The notes beneath the pieces were generated by a model. It did not search any database and was not told where the DNA came from. It worked only from the letters and a program-made list of their open reading frames with translations. 64,000 nt of DNA from an uncultured Candidatus Pelagibacter sp. (lineage in GTDB: Bacteria; Pseudomonadota; Alphaproteobacteria; Pelagibacterales; Pelagibacteraceae), in assembly GCA_943788395.1 (NCBI GenBank), contig CALSQC010000001.1:647035-711034 (forward strand), given 5' to 3'. A program made the position numbers and the translations under genes. How positions within the stretch are numbered: the stretch's first letter is position 1; each line of letters starts with the position of its first letter. Below are positions 1 through 11,883 of this stretch, piece after piece.

Positions 1-1183
1 TTTTAACTCTTATTACTGATAAGACGGGCCCAAATATTTCCTCTTTATAAATTCTCATATCTTTTTGGACATGATCAAACAAACATCCTCCTATAAAAAA
101 ACCTTTTTCATAACCTTGAAGTTTTATATTTCTTCCATCAACAACTAATTTAGCCCCCTCTTTAACACCCAAATCAACATAGCTTTTTACTTTTTCTAAA
201 TGCTCTTTAGTTACCAGTGGACCCATTTCAGATGTTTTATCCATACCAGGGCCTACTTTTAATGCTTCAGCTTTTTTTGATAAGCGTGCAACTAATTCGT
301 CTCCTATATCTCCCACTGCAACAGCAACAGATTGGGCCATGCATCTTTCTCCCGCAGATCCATAAGCTGCCCCCATTAATCCATTGACTGCACCATCAAG
401 ATCACAATCAGGCATTACAACTAGATGATTTTTTGCACCTCCTAAGGCTTGAACTCTTTTTTCGTTTTTTGCAGAATTTTCATAAATATACTTTGCTATT
501 GGAGTTGAGCCTACAAAACTCACAGCTTTAATATCTTTGTTTGTTAAAATAGCATCAACTGACTCTTTATCTCCATTGACAACATTAAAAACTCCATCTG
601 GTAATCCAGCTTCTTTTAGTAACTCAGCTAATTTCAATGGACAAGATGGGTCCTTTTCTGATGGTTTTAAAATAAACGTATTGCCACAAGCTATAGCGAT
701 AGGAAACATCCACATAGGTACCATTGCTGGAAAGTTAAACGGTGTAATGCCTGCAACTACTCCAAGCGGTTGTCGCATTGACCAACTATCAACATTTGTT
801 CCTACATTTTCAGAAAATTCACCTTTAAGTAAATGTGGTATTCCACATGCAAACTCAACTACTTCTAGTCCTCTTGTTAAAGACCCCTTGGCATCTTCGT
901 AAACTTTTCCATGCTCTGAAACAATTAATTTAGTTAGTTCATCAGAATTTTTTTCTATTAATTCTTTAAACTTAAAAATTATTCTAGCTCTTTGAAGAGA
1001 AGGTTTTAGTGACCATGTTTCAAAAGCTTTTTTTGCAACTTCAACAGCTTTATCTAAGTCAGTTTTACTTGCTAGTCTTACTTCTGATTCTTGTTCACCT
1101 GTTGCTGGATTAAAAACTTTACTTTTTCTGTCAGACGTTCCTGATATCAGCTTTCCGCCAACAAAATGTTCTAATAAATTCAT
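1..1183 (-). CDS. mmsA: methylmalonate-semialdehyde dehydrogenase (CoA-acylating); 3' end runs off the window
   Basis: Absent from the ORF track because it has no stop in the window. My translation from the ATG at 1183..1181 gives MNLLEHFVGGKLISG... Aldehyde dehydrogenase motifs PMWMFPIAIACGNTFILKP and SAGERCMAQS are present. Confidence 0.8.
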   Translation of the reverse strand, partial: MNLLEHFVGGKLISGTSDRKSKVFNPATGEQESEVRLASKTDLDKAVEVAKKAFETWSLKPSLQRARIIFKFKELIEKNSDELTKLIVSEHGKVYEDAKGSLTRGLEVVEFACGIPHLLKGEFSENVGTNVDSWSMRQPLGVVAGITPFNFPAMVPMWMFPIAIACGNTFILKPSEKDPSCPLKLAELLKEAGLPDGVFNVVNGDKESVDAILTNKDIKAVSFVGSTPIAKYIYENSAKNEKRVQALGGAKNHLVVMPDCDLDGAVNGLMGAAYGSAGERCMAQSVAVAVGDIGDELVARLSKKAEALKVGPGMDKTSEMGPLVTKEHLEKVKSYVDLGVKEGAKLVVDGRNIKLQGYEKGFFIGGCLFDHVQKDMRIYKEEIFGPVLSVIRVK

Positions 1184-1207
1184 GGATGACTTTATTTAAA
1201 GTGGTAA

Positions 1208-1981
1208 TTAGCTTGTTGCAAGCATTTTCTTTAATTCAGCAATGGCTTTTGCTGGATTTAATCCCTTTGGACATGCATTAGTGCAATTCATAATAGTATG
1301 ACATCTATATAGCTTAAGTTCATCAGCAACTTTTTTTAATCTCTCTTTTCTTTCATCATCTCTACTATCAACTATCCATCTATAGGCTTGAAGTAAAACA
1401 GCAGGACCTAAATACTTGTCACCATTCCACCAGTAACTAGGACAAGAAGTGGAGCAGCAGGCACACATGATGCATTCATATGCTCCATCTAATTTTTCTC
1501 TATCTTTTTTTGATTGTAAAATTTCTGTGGTTTCAACTTTTGTATTTGTTTTTAACCAGGGCTCAATCGACTGATATTGTTTATACAGCCCACTAAGATC
1601 TCCTATTAAATCTTTTTTAACCTTCAAATGAGGTAATGGATAAATATTTATATCCCCTTTAATTTCTGAATGTGGCTTTGTACATGCTAAACCATTTTTA
1701 CCATCCATATTCATCGCACAAGAACCACAAACACCATGTGCACAGGATCTTCTGTAAGCTAGTGAAGGATCAATTTCATTTTTAATTTTGTTTAAAATAT
1801 CTAATACTTTTGAAGGACAATTATCCATATCTACTTCGTAAGTATCTACTCTTGGATTTTCTCCATTGGAAGGATCCCATCTATAAACATTTATTTTTCT
1901 AATATTTTTTGATCCAGTTTTATCATGATAATATTTACCTTTTTGAACTTCTGAATTTTTTGGTAAATTTATTTGCACCAC
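1208..1981 (-). CDS. sdhB: succinate dehydrogenase iron-sulfur subunit
   Basis: 257 aa. Three Cys clusters: [23 protein letters not shown] and [12 protein letters not shown]. Adjacent to sdhA. Confidence 0.95.
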   Translation of the reverse strand: MVQINLPKNSEVQKGKYYHDKTGSKNIRKINVYRWDPSNGENPRVDTYEVDMDNCPSKVLDILNKIKNEIDPSLAYRRSCAHGVCGSCAMNMDGKNGLACTKPHSEIKGDINIYPLPHLKVKKDLIGDLSGLYKQYQSIEPWLKTNTKVETTEILQSKKDREKLDGAYECIMCACCSTSCPSYWWNGDKYLGPAVLLQAYRWIVDSRDDERKERLKKVADELKLYRCHTIMNCTNACPKGLNPAKAIAELKKMLATS

Positions 1982-3753
1982 TAGTAAACTCTTTCTTGAG
2001 GTGGAAAATACTGAACTTCATTTGTCAAAGTAGTTTTAACTACTGGTCTATAACCTATTTTCGTATCTTTTCCATTGCACCATGCAATAGTATGTTGCAT
2101 AAATTTTTCATCATCTCTTTTTGGGAAATCTTCCCTGGCATGTGCTCCTCTACTTTCTTGTCTATTATAAGCAGAATCTACAGTAGTGATTGCTTGTCTT
2201 ATTAAGTTGTCAAATTCTAATGTTTCTACTAAATCGGTATTAAAAATTAGTGACTTGTCTTTTACAGAAATTGAGTCCATTCCATCATATGTTTTTCTAA
2301 TTTCATCCACTCCCTCTTTAAGCGTTTTTTCTGTTCTAAAAACAGCACACTTTGATTGCATAGTTTTTTGCATTGCAAGTCTAAGTTCTGAGGTGCTTTT
2401 TTCACCATTAGAATTTCTTAGTTTATCAAATCTTTCTAAACATTTTTCCGTTTCAGACTGTCCTATATCTTCATGTGGTGTACCTGGTTTTACTAATTCT
2501 GCAGCTCTTTTTGCTGCTGCTCTTCCAAACACAACTAAGTCAATTAAAGAATTAGATCCTAGTCTGTTTGCTCCATGTACAGAAACACAGGCAGCTTCCC
2601 CAATTGCCATCAATCCTGGTACTGTTTCAGAATCTTTTCCTGTTAGCACTTCAGCCTTATAATTTGTTGGAATACCTCCCATATTGTAGTGAACCGTTGG
2701 AACCACAGGTATCGGTTCTTTAGTTACATCAACATTTGCAAATAATCTTGCAGCCTCTGTAATTCCTGGAAGTCTACTTTCAATAATACTTTTATCTAAA
2801 TGGCTTAAATGTAAATGAACATGGTCTTGTTCTTTTCCAACACCTCTGCCTTCATTAATCTCAATTGACATTGATCTACTCACTACATCTCTGGAAGCTA
2901 AATCTTTTGCTTTTGGAGCATATCTCTCCATAAATCTTTCACCTTTTGAATTTACTAAATAACCCCCTTCTCCTCTAACCCCTTCTGAAATTAGAGTTCC
3001 ATGTCCATAAATTCCTGTTGGGTGAAATTGTACAAATTCCATATCTTGTAATGGTAAACCTGCTCTTAAAACCATAGCATTTCCATCACCCGTACAAGTA
3101 TGCGCTGATGTTGCTGAATAATAAGCTTTTCCATAACCACCTGTTGCAATTATTGTGCTGTGGGCTCTAAATCTATGAATTGTTCCATCATTTAAATTCC
3201 AAGCAATAAGACCTTTGCATTCACCATCCTTCATCAATAAATCTAAAGCAAAATATTCAATAAAAAATTCAGTGTTGTGTTTTAAAGCCTGTCCATAAAG
3301 AGTATGAAGTATTGCGTGCCCAGTTCTATCTGCAGCTGCACAAGTTCTTTGAACAATCCCATTACCATAATTCTTTGTCATTCCTCCAAAGGGTCTTTGA
3401 TAAATTTTACCATCATCAGTTCTACTGAATGGTACTCCATATTTTTCTAATTCTATTACTGCTGCAGGAGCCTCTTTACAAAGGTACTCTATGCTATCTT
3501 GATCACCTAACCAATCAGCACCTTTAACAGTATCATACATGTGCCAACGCCAATCATCTTCACCCATATTTCCCAAAGATGCAGATATTCCTCCCTGAGC
3601 AGCTGATGTATGGCTTCTAGTTGGAAAAACTTTTGATATACATGCTGTTTTTAAACCTGCTTCACTTAAACCTACAGCGGCTCTAAGTCCCGAGCCTCCT
3701 GCACCTAGTACAATAACATCATATTCATGGTCTATAATTTTATATGAACTCAT
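1981..3753 (-). CDS. sdhA: succinate dehydrogenase flavoprotein subunit
   Basis: 590 aa. FAD fold [12 protein letters not shown] and covalent-FAD His context [10 protein letters not shown]. Overlaps the sdhB start by 1 nt. Confidence 0.95.
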   Translation of the reverse strand: MSSYKIIDHEYDVIVLGAGGSGLRAAVGLSEAGLKTACISKVFPTRSHTSAAQGGISASLGNMGEDDWRWHMYDTVKGADWLGDQDSIEYLCKEAPAAVIELEKYGVPFSRTDDGKIYQRPFGGMTKNYGNGIVQRTCAAADRTGHAILHTLYGQALKHNTEFFIEYFALDLLMKDGECKGLIAWNLNDGTIHRFRAHSTIIATGGYGKAYYSATSAHTCTGDGNAMVLRAGLPLQDMEFVQFHPTGIYGHGTLISEGVRGEGGYLVNSKGERFMERYAPKAKDLASRDVVSRSMSIEINEGRGVGKEQDHVHLHLSHLDKSIIESRLPGITEAARLFANVDVTKEPIPVVPTVHYNMGGIPTNYKAEVLTGKDSETVPGLMAIGEAACVSVHGANRLGSNSLIDLVVFGRAAAKRAAELVKPGTPHEDIGQSETEKCLERFDKLRNSNGEKSTSELRLAMQKTMQSKCAVFRTEKTLKEGVDEIRKTYDGMDSISVKDKSLIFNTDLVETLEFDNLIRQAITTVDSAYNRQESRGAHAREDFPKRDDEKFMQHTIAWCNGKDTKIGYRPVVKTTLTNEVQYFPPQERVY

Positions 3754-3755
3754 AT

Positions 3756-4079
3756 TTATAATTTAAAAATAATAATAATTGTAATTACAGGTACTATTAT
3801 AGCAAATATTCTTAACATTTGATTTGCGGCATTTTTGGTTTTTTCATCCTGTATATAGTCCTCAAATACCTCACTAATACTTAAATTAGAAAAAAAGAAT
3901 GCAAATATAAGTAATAAAGAAAATAATAATTTTGTTGGTTGTGTTGAAAAAAAATCCATCACTTGTTGGTATTCCTTATCGTATATAGAAACTAAATTGA
4001 TAATAAACCACAACATTAAAGGTATTAAAATTACTGAACTTGCTTTTAAAAATATCCATTTTTTAGTTACGTTATTCAT
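3756..4079 (-). CDS. sdhD: succinate dehydrogenase membrane anchor subunit
   Basis: 107-aa hydrophobic protein in the sdhC-D-A-B position. Confidence 0.75.
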   Translation of the reverse strand: MNNVTKKWIFLKASSVILIPLMLWFIINLVSIYDKEYQQVMDFFSTQPTKLLFSLLLIFAFFFSNLSISEVFEDYIQDEKTKNAANQMLRIFAIIVPVITIIIIFKL

Positions 4080-4088
4080 ATAAAATTA

Positions 4089-4460
4089 TTACCTTAAAAA
4101 ATAAATTAAAAATGTTGATAAAAAAGACCCTAGTATAACAATCAGTCCTGTTATTTTTGTAGCCCTTAATTCAAAACCATATCCAAGGTCCATAAACAAA
4201 TGTCTTATCTCACTTAATATTTGAAAACTAAATGACCATGTTAAGCCTAATATTAAAAATTTTCCAAAAATTGACTGTAAAAATGTTTTGGTTATCTCGT
4301 AAGTCATTTCTCCCATTAATAAAGAGGTCACCCATCCACAAATAATCGTAATGGCAAGAATATTTATTATTCCTGTAATTCTGTGCGATATAGATACTAA
4401 AGATGATACATGCCATCTATAAATCTGTATATGTGGAGATAAAGGATTATTATTTTCCAT
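4089..4460 (-). CDS. sdhC: succinate dehydrogenase cytochrome b556 subunit
   Basis: 123 aa. N-terminus PLSPHIQIYRW plus SISHRITG is typical of SdhC. First gene of the sdh cluster. Confidence 0.85.
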   Translation of the reverse strand: MENNNPLSPHIQIYRWHVSSLVSISHRITGIINILAITIICGWVTSLLMGEMTYEITKTFLQSIFGKFLILGLTWSFSFQILSEIRHLFMDLGYGFELRATKITGLIVILGSFLSTFLIYFLR

Positions 4461-5457
4461 GCAAGTTATACTTAATTATTGTTTCAGCAATTTCTACTGA
4501 ATTCAAAGCCGCACCTCTTAAAAGGTTGTCAGAAACAATCCAAAGATTTATAGTATTCTTATTAGTTTTATCCTCTCTAATTCTTGAGATAAAAGTTTCA
4601 TTTTTACCTGCAGCTTCAATCGGTGTGCTATATCCACCATCTTCTCTTGAGTCGTAGACTTCACATCCATCTGCTTTATTTAAAGCTTCATTAATTTTTT
4701 CCAAAGAAAATGGTTTTTTAAATTGAACATTAACAGACTCTGCATGAGAAACTAAAACTGGAATTCTTACACAAGTTGCTGTTAATTCTATATTTTTATC
4801 TAAAATTTTCTTAGTTTCATTTGTCATTTTTAATTCTTCTTTTGTATAACCATCATCAGTAAAATGATCTATGTGAGGGATAGCGTTAAATGCTATTTGT
4901 TTTGTGAAATTTTTTGACTTGATAGATTTATTTTCCAAAAATAATTTGGTTTGATCAATAAGTTCATCCATGGGAGCTTTTCCTCCACCTGATACTGACT
5001 GATAAGTGGAAACAACTATTCTTTCAATATCAAATAAATCATGCAATGGTTTTAAAGCGATTACTAATTGAGCTGTAGAGCAATTTGGATTTGCTATTAT
5101 ATTTTTTTTCATAGTTTTGATTGCTTCTGCATTTACTTGAGGAACAATTAAAGGAACATCCGGGTCCATTCTAAAAAAACTAGAATTATCAATTACTATT
5201 GAATGTTTGGCAGCCTTTTCAGCAAAATTTTCAGAAATTTTTCCTCCTGCTGCGAAAAACGTAATTTGCACTTTTGAAAAATCAAATGTTTCAAGATTAA
5301 AAACTTCATGTTCTTTGCTTTTGAAAAGTACTTTTTGTCCTGCACTTTTGGGTGAGGCAACTAAATATAATTCTTTAATAGAAAGATTTTTTTTTTCCAA
5401 AACCTCAAGCGTTTTTCTGCCAACGTTTCCTGTTGCTCCTACAATTGCTACATTCAT
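4450..5457 (-). CDS. asd: aspartate-semialdehyde dehydrogenase
   Basis: 335 aa. N-terminal VAIVGATGNVGR NAD fold and active-site context NPNCSTAQL. Confidence 0.9.
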   Translation of the reverse strand: MNVAIVGATGNVGRKTLEVLEKKNLSIKELYLVASPKSAGQKVLFKSKEHEVFNLETFDFSKVQITFFAAGGKISENFAEKAAKHSIVIDNSSFFRMDPDVPLIVPQVNAEAIKTMKKNIIANPNCSTAQLVIALKPLHDLFDIERIVVSTYQSVSGGGKAPMDELIDQTKLFLENKSIKSKNFTKQIAFNAIPHIDHFTDDGYTKEELKMTNETKKILDKNIELTATCVRIPVLVSHAESVNVQFKKPFSLEKINEALNKADGCEVYDSREDGGYSTPIEAAGKNETFISRIREDKTNKNTINLWIVSDNLLRGAALNSVEIAETIIKYNLHGK

Positions 5458-5477
5458 GATATTCTATAACTTTTATA

Positions 5478-6587
5478 CTAGATGAAAGGTAAATCGCAAA
5501 CTTTTCCGTTAAAAGTATTGTTATTTAGTTCAATCTTGAAGGTTTGAGTGCTTTCCCAAAAAGGTTTTTTAATCATTGCTATTCCTATCACTTCTTTAAA
5601 ATGAGGTGAGTAACAAGCTGATCTTAATTCTCCAATGATATTATTGTCTTTATCGTGCAGATTTTGTGATCCTGTAAGGCTAATTTCTTTTGTGTTAATT
5701 TTTACACCCATTAACTTTTTTTGAATTCCTTTGGATTTTACTCGTTTTAATTTTTCTTTTCCCAAAAAATTTATATCACTATCTAAACTGACATATTGAT
5801 CAAAACCACACTCAAAAGGATTGTCATTATTATCAAAATCATTTCCATAGGATAACAATGCACTCTCAATTCTTTCTATTAAATTTGGACATCCTGGACC
5901 TACATTAAATTCTTTTCCAACTTCAAAAAGTTGATCATATAATTTTTGTCCTGATGTTGTGTTTTGGACATATACTTCATATCCACCTTGTTTAGACCAT
6001 CCTGATCTTGCTATTAAATGTTTAGTTCCTTCAAAATCAAAATAATCAAAGCCAAAAAATTTTAGTTCAGTAATTTTCTTTCCAAAAATCTTTTCCATTA
6101 ATGCAAATGATTTAGGGCCTTGTATTGCCATTATATCCACTGTTGGCTCTATAATCTTCACATCAAATTTATGTCCTGATGCAAGCCCCTTCGCAAAAAA
6201 GATTACATCAGAGTCTGCTATTGATATCCACCATTTATTTTCATCTAATTTTAAAACAACAGGATCATTTACCAAGTTTCCATTTTCATCTATTATTGGG
6301 CAATAATAACATCTGCCAACTTTTGATTTTGATAAATCCCTACATGTCATTAATTGAACTAATTTAGCAGAATCATTTCCTGATATTTCTACTTGTCTTT
6401 CTGCTGCAACATCCCATACCTGAACGTGTTCCTTTAAATGTTTATAACTATCCTCTATTGAGCCAAAGGCAGCAGGTAGTAACATGTGATTATAAATTGT
6501 ATATGCTGTGACCCCTTGTTTCTCTATTCTTGAGGTATATGGTGTACTTCTTAATCTTCTAGATTTTGCTATTGAAAAGTTTTTCAT
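5478..6587 (-). CDS. dmdA: DMSP demethylase (GcvT/aminomethyltransferase family)
   Basis: 369-aa GcvT-family protein. The sequence [26 protein letters not shown]... matches my memory of Pelagibacter DmdA. Sits in the dmdA..dmdB-dmdC neighbourhood. Not verified by search. Confidence 0.8.
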   Translation of the reverse strand: MKNFSIAKSRRLRSTPYTSRIEKQGVTAYTIYNHMLLPAAFGSIEDSYKHLKEHVQVWDVAAERQVEISGNDSAKLVQLMTCRDLSKSKVGRCYYCPIIDENGNLVNDPVVLKLDENKWWISIADSDVIFFAKGLASGHKFDVKIIEPTVDIMAIQGPKSFALMEKIFGKKITELKFFGFDYFDFEGTKHLIARSGWSKQGGYEVYVQNTTSGQKLYDQLFEVGKEFNVGPGCPNLIERIESALLSYGNDFDNNDNPFECGFDQYVSLDSDINFLGKEKLKRVKSKGIQKKLMGVKINTKEISLTGSQNLHDKDNNIIGELRSACYSPHFKEVIGIAMIKKPFWESTQTFKIELNNNTFNGKVCDLPFI

Positions 6588-7360
6588 ATTTTTAAAAATT
6601 CTAAAATCTTTTCTCTCATTTCAAAAGCTTTTTCAAACATAATCATATGCCCACAGTTTTTTATTATCTGTGTTTTTGAATTTGGAATAGAATCAGCAAA
6701 TTTCTTACCTTTTTCAAGATTAATCATCTTGTCAAACTCACCAAAAATACATAGCGTTGGGCAATTAATTTTTTTTACTGCCTCAGAGCCATTTCTGTAA
6801 TTATTACAGGCGATTAAATCTATGGCCAAAATTTCTCTGATTTCTCTTGCTGAGTTAATAATTTTTTCAACTGGATTTCCTCCAATAAACTTTTTTGAAT
6901 TTTCATAACTCCATTTCATCATTAAGTTTACTGCTTGATCATCACCTGCTTCTGCAAGATCTATTAAATCTTGATTAACTGGCATTTTATAAGAACCACC
7001 CACAAAAATTAATCTTTTTACTTTTTTTGGGTACTTAGAAAAATATTCAAGTGCCTCCAAACATCCCTGTGAATGTCCAATTATTGTCACATCTAAAACT
7101 CCAAGTTGGTTTAAAACTTTTTCTATCCAATCAGATATTTTTTCAATTGAAGGCAAACATTTTCCTTCTGAATTACCATGTCCTGGTAAATCTAAAGATA
7201 AAACATTATAATTCTGATTAGATAAGTATTGCTCTGTTAAAGACCATACAATATGTGAAAGTCCACTTCCATGTAGCAAAAGAATTGTATGTTTATTCTT
7301 ATCGATACCTTTGCCTGCATCAGAGGCAAATACATCTTGCTTGTCTACTTGAAATATCAA
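6584..7360 (-). CDS. alpha/beta-fold hydrolase of unknown substrate, embedded in the dmd cluster
   Basis: 258 aa. Oxyanion HG ([10 protein letters not shown]), nucleophile elbow GHSQG and C-terminal His (NCGHMIM). Overlaps both neighbours by 4 nt. Confidence 0.8.
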   Translation of the reverse strand: MIFQVDKQDVFASDAGKGIDKNKHTILLLHGSGLSHIVWSLTEQYLSNQNYNVLSLDLPGHGNSEGKCLPSIEKISDWIEKVLNQLGVLDVTIIGHSQGCLEALEYFSKYPKKVKRLIFVGGSYKMPVNQDLIDLAEAGDDQAVNLMMKWSYENSKKFIGGNPVEKIINSAREIREILAIDLIACNNYRNGSEAVKKINCPTLCIFGEFDKMINLEKGKKFADSIPNSKTQIIKNCGHMIMFEKAFEMREKILEFLKI

Positions 7361-8985
7361 GTTAATTCCTTGACTTTTTTTCTAAGTTCAAATTTTTGAA
7401 TTTTTCCTGTTGATGTTTTTGGTAAATCACAAAAAATAACTTTTTTTGGAAGCTTAAATCCTGCTAAAGTTTCTCTACAAAAATCTATAATGTCTTTTTC
7501 TGATGCTGGTTTATCTTTAATCAATTCAACAAATGCACATGGCGTCTCACCCCATTTTTCATCTGGTTTTGCAACAACTGCCGCTAATGATACTGATGGA
7601 TGTTTTGCAATAGCATTTTCTATTTCAATTGAAGAAATATTTTCCCCCCCAGAAATAATAATATCTTTAGATCTATCTTGTATCTTTATGTATCCATCTG
7701 GATGTGTGACCGCTAAATCACCTGAATGAAACCAACCACCAGCCATTGATTTATCGGTTGCTTCCTTATCCTTATAATACCCTTTCATTACAATGTTTCC
7801 TCTAATCATTATTTCACCCATAGTTTTTCCATCCTTTGGCACAGGCTTCATTGTTTCAGGATCCATTACAACCGCACCTTCAGTATTAGGATAACGAACT
7901 CCTTGTCTTGCTTTAATTTCATTCTTCTTATCTTTTTCAAAATCATTCCATTCTTCATTCCATGCACACTGCAACATATGTCCATAAGTTTCAGTTAATC
8001 CATACACATGCATAACTTCAAATCCTAAATTTTCCATCTTTTCAAAAATAATACTAGGTGGCGGTGCACCAGCAGTCAGAACATTAACTTTTCTTTTTAA
8101 TTTTTTTTGTTCTTTTTCTGGAGCATTTACAATCATATTTAATACTATTGGAGCTCCCCCAAAATGAGTCACCTCATGTTTATCAATTAACTCAAACATT
8201 TTTTTTACATCAATATTTCTCAAGCAAATAACTCTTGCATGTAGCATTGCAAGCGTCCAAGGGTAACACCACCCATTACAATGAAACATTGGTACGACAC
8301 ATAAAAAATTTAATTTATTAGGCATATTCCATGCGGTAGCACTACCTGTCGCCATCAGATATGAACCTCTATGATGGTAAACTACGCCCTTAGGATTTCC
8401 CGTGGTCCCAGATGTATATCCTAATGATATTGCCTGCCATTCATCTTTTGGTTTTTTCCATTCATAATTTTCATCACCTGTATTTAAAAAACTTTCATAT
8501 TCTAAATCGCCAATTTTTTTAAAATTACTGGTGTCTATATCTTTGTCATCTATATCTATAATAGTAATTTTATTTTTAACATTCTCTAAAGCTTTGACTA
8601 TTACTTCATGGAATTGTCTGTCTACAATTAAAACTTTAGCGTCACTGTGTTCTAGAATATAACTTATAGTATTAGGATCTAATCTTGTATTGATTGCGTT
8701 AATTACTGCACCCACCATAGGAATCGAGTAATGAGCCTCAAAAATTTCTGGTGTATTAAAAGCCATAATAGAAACTGTGTCTCCAGTTTTAATTCCAATT
8801 TTATCTAATGCGCTAGCAAACTTAACGCATCTTTTATAAACATCTTCCCATGTGTATGATCTACTTTCATAAACAACAGCTTCATATTTTGGATATATAT
8901 CTTTTGTTCTCTCTAAAAATGTTAATGGAGATAAAGGAACATAGTTAGCCTCATTTTTATCTAAATTTGTATCGTAGTGATTCAT
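7357..8985 (-). CDS. dmdB: AMP-forming acyl-CoA ligase, probable 3-methylmercaptopropionate-CoA ligase
   Basis: 542 aa. AMP-binding motif YTSGTTGNPKGV and C-terminal SGKIQK. Position next to dmdA and dmdC. Confidence 0.75.
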   Translation of the reverse strand: MNHYDTNLDKNEANYVPLSPLTFLERTKDIYPKYEAVVYESRSYTWEDVYKRCVKFASALDKIGIKTGDTVSIMAFNTPEIFEAHYSIPMVGAVINAINTRLDPNTISYILEHSDAKVLIVDRQFHEVIVKALENVKNKITIIDIDDKDIDTSNFKKIGDLEYESFLNTGDENYEWKKPKDEWQAISLGYTSGTTGNPKGVVYHHRGSYLMATGSATAWNMPNKLNFLCVVPMFHCNGWCYPWTLAMLHARVICLRNIDVKKMFELIDKHEVTHFGGAPIVLNMIVNAPEKEQKKLKRKVNVLTAGAPPPSIIFEKMENLGFEVMHVYGLTETYGHMLQCAWNEEWNDFEKDKKNEIKARQGVRYPNTEGAVVMDPETMKPVPKDGKTMGEIMIRGNIVMKGYYKDKEATDKSMAGGWFHSGDLAVTHPDGYIKIQDRSKDIIISGGENISSIEIENAIAKHPSVSLAAVVAKPDEKWGETPCAFVELIKDKPASEKDIIDFCRETLAGFKLPKKVIFCDLPKTSTGKIQKFELRKKVKELT

Positions 8986-8986
8986 A

Positions 8987-10750
8987 TTAATTAAATTTGA
9001 AATTCATTATATAATCACTACCAGATGTAGCTGTTTTAAAGTGACTTTCGACTCTTGGTAAAACTCTTTTAAAATAAAAATTTGCAGTTTGTATCTTATC
9101 TTCATAAAAGTTTTTATTTTGATCATAATCTTTAAAGCTTACTTCTAAAACTTTTACCCAAGCATGAGCGATAGCCACAAAACCTAGAGCTTTTAGATAA
9201 TCATTACATGCTGCGCTTGCATCGTCTTTTGAATTTTGTATTTTTTCCTTAATCCAAGAACTAAAGTTAGACAAAATTTTTAAATGTATTTCTAATTCAT
9301 TTATAAAAGGCTTTAATTTTTTGTTATCAGTGTTGCAATCATTTTTTATTAATTCTAAATATCTATCAATTATATCCCCATTTTTATTAACTAATTTTCT
9401 AAACACCAAATCTGCTGCTTGGATAGAGTTCGTTCCCTCATAGATTGGGGTAATTCTATTATCTCTATAAAGCTGTTCTATTCCTTGATCTTTTGTATAT
9501 CCATAACCACCATGAACTTGCATTGCTTCACTTGTTATTTCCATTCCCATATCAGTAAACATTGTTTTAACTACTGGCGTCATTAAAGAAACAAAATCTG
9601 AGGCTTCTTGTTTAACTTTTTCATCTGGATGATAAAGGCTAACTTCTGTTTGTTGAGACAGCCAAAAACATAAGGCTCTCTCTCCTTCAATAATAGATTT
9701 CATATTAAGTAAAGATTTTTTAATATCAGCATGTTCAATGATAAAATCTGCACCATTAGTTGATTTTGTATTATTTGTTTTCCCTTGTTTTCTCTCTTTT
9801 GCATAACTTAAAGAATTTTGATATGCAATTTCAGAAATTCCTAATCCTTGGATTCCAACAACAATTCTTTCTAGATTCATCATGGTAAACATTGCATTTA
9901 AACCTTTATTCTTTGATCCAATCATATAACCAACTGCATCATCAAAATTTAATACACAAGTAGCAGATCCTTTAATTCCCATTTTACTTTCTATAGATCC
10001 TGTCGAAATTCCATTTCTAGCTCCAACAGAACCATCTTCATTTACAATAAATTTAGGTACCAAAAATAAACTTATTCCCTTTGTTCCAGCAGGTGAGTCA
10101 GCTGCTCTTGCAATTACTAAATGAATAATATTTTCTGTTAAATCATGATCACCTGATGTAATAAAAATTTTTTGGCCACTTAATTTATAAGTCCCATCTG
10201 ATTGTTCTACTGCTTTGGTTTTTAAAAGACCTAAATCTGTTCCACACACAGGCTCGGTAAGACACATCGTGCCACTCCACTTTCCTTCTACTATTTTTGG
10301 TAAATATTTATCTTTTATTTCTTCGGTTGCATGATGTGAAATACAATTATAAGCGCCAATGCTTAGTTCACTATAAAGTTTAAATGACAGACTTGCTGAA
10401 GATAACATTTCATCAAAAAAAGCACTTACAGTTTTTGGCATTCCTTGCCCACCGTATTTAGGGTCACATGAAAGTGAAGTCCAGCCATCTTCTATATATT
10501 TTGAATAAGCTTCTTTATAACCTGGTGGTGTTCTGACCACACCATTTTCCAAAACAGTTGGATTTTCATCTCCAGATTTTGCTAATGGTAAAATTAGATT
10601 TTCATTAATTTTTGCTGCTTCAACTAAGATATCCTTAACAAGTTCTGAATTTACCTCTTTATATTTTTCAATTTCATTATAATTTTTATTATTTCTTAAT
10701 TTTTCAAAAAGAAACATCATGTCTTCTACAGGTGCTGTGTAATTTGGCAT
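8987..10750 (-). CDS. dmdC: large acyl-CoA dehydrogenase, probable MMPA-CoA dehydrogenase
   Basis: 587-aa acyl-CoA dehydrogenase fold (…IYEGTNSIQA…). Lies 1 nt from dmdB. Confidence 0.7.
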   Translation of the reverse strand: MPNYTAPVEDMMFLFEKLRNNKNYNEIEKYKEVNSELVKDILVEAAKINENLILPLAKSGDENPTVLENGVVRTPPGYKEAYSKYIEDGWTSLSCDPKYGGQGMPKTVSAFFDEMLSSASLSFKLYSELSIGAYNCISHHATEEIKDKYLPKIVEGKWSGTMCLTEPVCGTDLGLLKTKAVEQSDGTYKLSGQKIFITSGDHDLTENIIHLVIARAADSPAGTKGISLFLVPKFIVNEDGSVGARNGISTGSIESKMGIKGSATCVLNFDDAVGYMIGSKNKGLNAMFTMMNLERIVVGIQGLGISEIAYQNSLSYAKERKQGKTNNTKSTNGADFIIEHADIKKSLLNMKSIIEGERALCFWLSQQTEVSLYHPDEKVKQEASDFVSLMTPVVKTMFTDMGMEITSEAMQVHGGYGYTKDQGIEQLYRDNRITPIYEGTNSIQAADLVFRKLVNKNGDIIDRYLELIKNDCNTDNKKLKPFINELEIHLKILSNFSSWIKEKIQNSKDDASAACNDYLKALGFVAIAHAWVKVLEVSFKDYDQNKNFYEDKIQTANFYFKRVLPRVESHFKTATSGSDYIMNFKFN

Positions 10751-10776
10751 TCTGGAACTTTAGAATAATTCTAGAA

Positions 10777-11883
10777 TTATTGCAATTTTGAAATTATCGC
10801 ATCACCCATGTCAGATGTTGATGCTTCTTTTGTTCCTTTTGACAATATATCTTTGGTTCTTAGGCCATCATTTAATACTTCTTGAACTGCTTTTTCTAAT
10901 GCATCCGCTTCATTATCCAAGTCCAATGAGTATCTAAGTGCCATTGCAAAACTTAAAATTGATGCAATAGGATTTGCTATACCTTTTCCTGCTATATCAG
11001 GTGCCGATCCGTGAATGGGCTCATACATTGCTCTCATTTCACCATCTTTATTTTTTGCACCAAGTGAAGCAGATGGCAGTAAACCCAATGATCCTGTTAA
11101 CATTGAAGCTTGATCTGAAAGCATATCTCCAAACAAGTTATCTGTAACTATTACATCAAATTGTTTTGGATTTCTCAAAAGTTGCATTGCACAATTGTCT
11201 GCAAGCATATGACTTAATTCCACATCTTTATATTCTTTATCATGAAGCTCTTGAACTTCTTCTCTCCAAAGTTGACCTGCTTCCATTACATTTGACTTTT
11301 CACACGAGGTAACTTTATTCGATCTTTTTTTGGCTAAGTCAAAAGCTACTTTTGCTACTCTAACTATTTCACTAGTTGTATATGTATGAGTGTTAATACC
11401 TTTTCTTTCTCCATTTTCAATTGGTTTGATTCCCCTAGGCTCTCCAAAATAAATTCCACCTGTTAATTCTCTAACAATCATAATATCAAGACCAGAAACT
11501 ATTTCAGGCTTAAGTGTTGATGCATCCACCAATTGTTCAAAACAAATTGCAGGTCTTAAATTGGCAAATAATTTTAATTCTTTTCTTAATTTTAATAATG
11601 CTCTCTCTGGTTTTTTAGAAAAATCTAAATTATCCCACTTAGGGCCACCCACTGCTCCTAGCATTACAACTTCACTCTCAAGAGCTTTATAAAAAACTTC
11701 ATCTGTAATTGGAGTTCCATGTTTATCGAAAGAACAACCTCCAGCTAAATCTTGATCGATTTCAAAATCTAAAGATTTATTAGCATTTAACCATTCAATA
11801 ACTTTTTTTACTTCTTGAATAACCTCGGGACCAATACCATCACCAGGTAATAATAAGATTTTTCTTTTTTTAACTTTAATCAT
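10777..11883 (-). CDS. leuB: 3-isopropylmalate dehydrogenase
   Basis: 368 aa. [12 protein letters not shown]-terminus and NLFGDMLSD motif. Adjacent to leuD and leuC. Confidence 0.95.
   Translation of the reverse strand: MIKVKKRKILLLPGDGIGPEVIQEVKKVIEWLNANKSLDFEIDQDLAGGCSFDKHGTPITDEVFYKALESEVVMLGAVGGPKWDNLDFSKKPERALLKLRKELKLFANLRPAICFEQLVDASTLKPEIVSGLDIMIVRELTGGIYFGEPRGIKPIENGERKGINTHTYTTSEIVRVAKVAFDLAKKRSNKVTSCEKSNVMEAGQLWREEVQELHDKEYKDVELSHMLADNCAMQLLRNPKQFDVIVTDNLFGDMLSDQASMLTGSLGLLPSASLGAKNKDGEMRAMYEPIHGSAPDIAGKGIANPIASILSFAMALRYSLDLDNEADALEKAVQEVLNDGLRTKDILSKGTKEASTSDMGDAIISKLQ

Noticed and set aside
537-902. Track ORFs lying antisense to, or out of frame with, strong genes. Examples are 537..902, 1909..2205, 2186..2662, 4228..4416, 4403..4657, 5207..5485, 12739..13332, 15793..16038, 20346..20609, 25188..25379, 50530..50802, 51985..52242, 54257..54508 and 59099..59374.
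   Set aside because: Each lies entirely within a well-supported gene on the other strand or in another frame. They have low-complexity or unnatural composition and no motifs. They are shadow ORFs.
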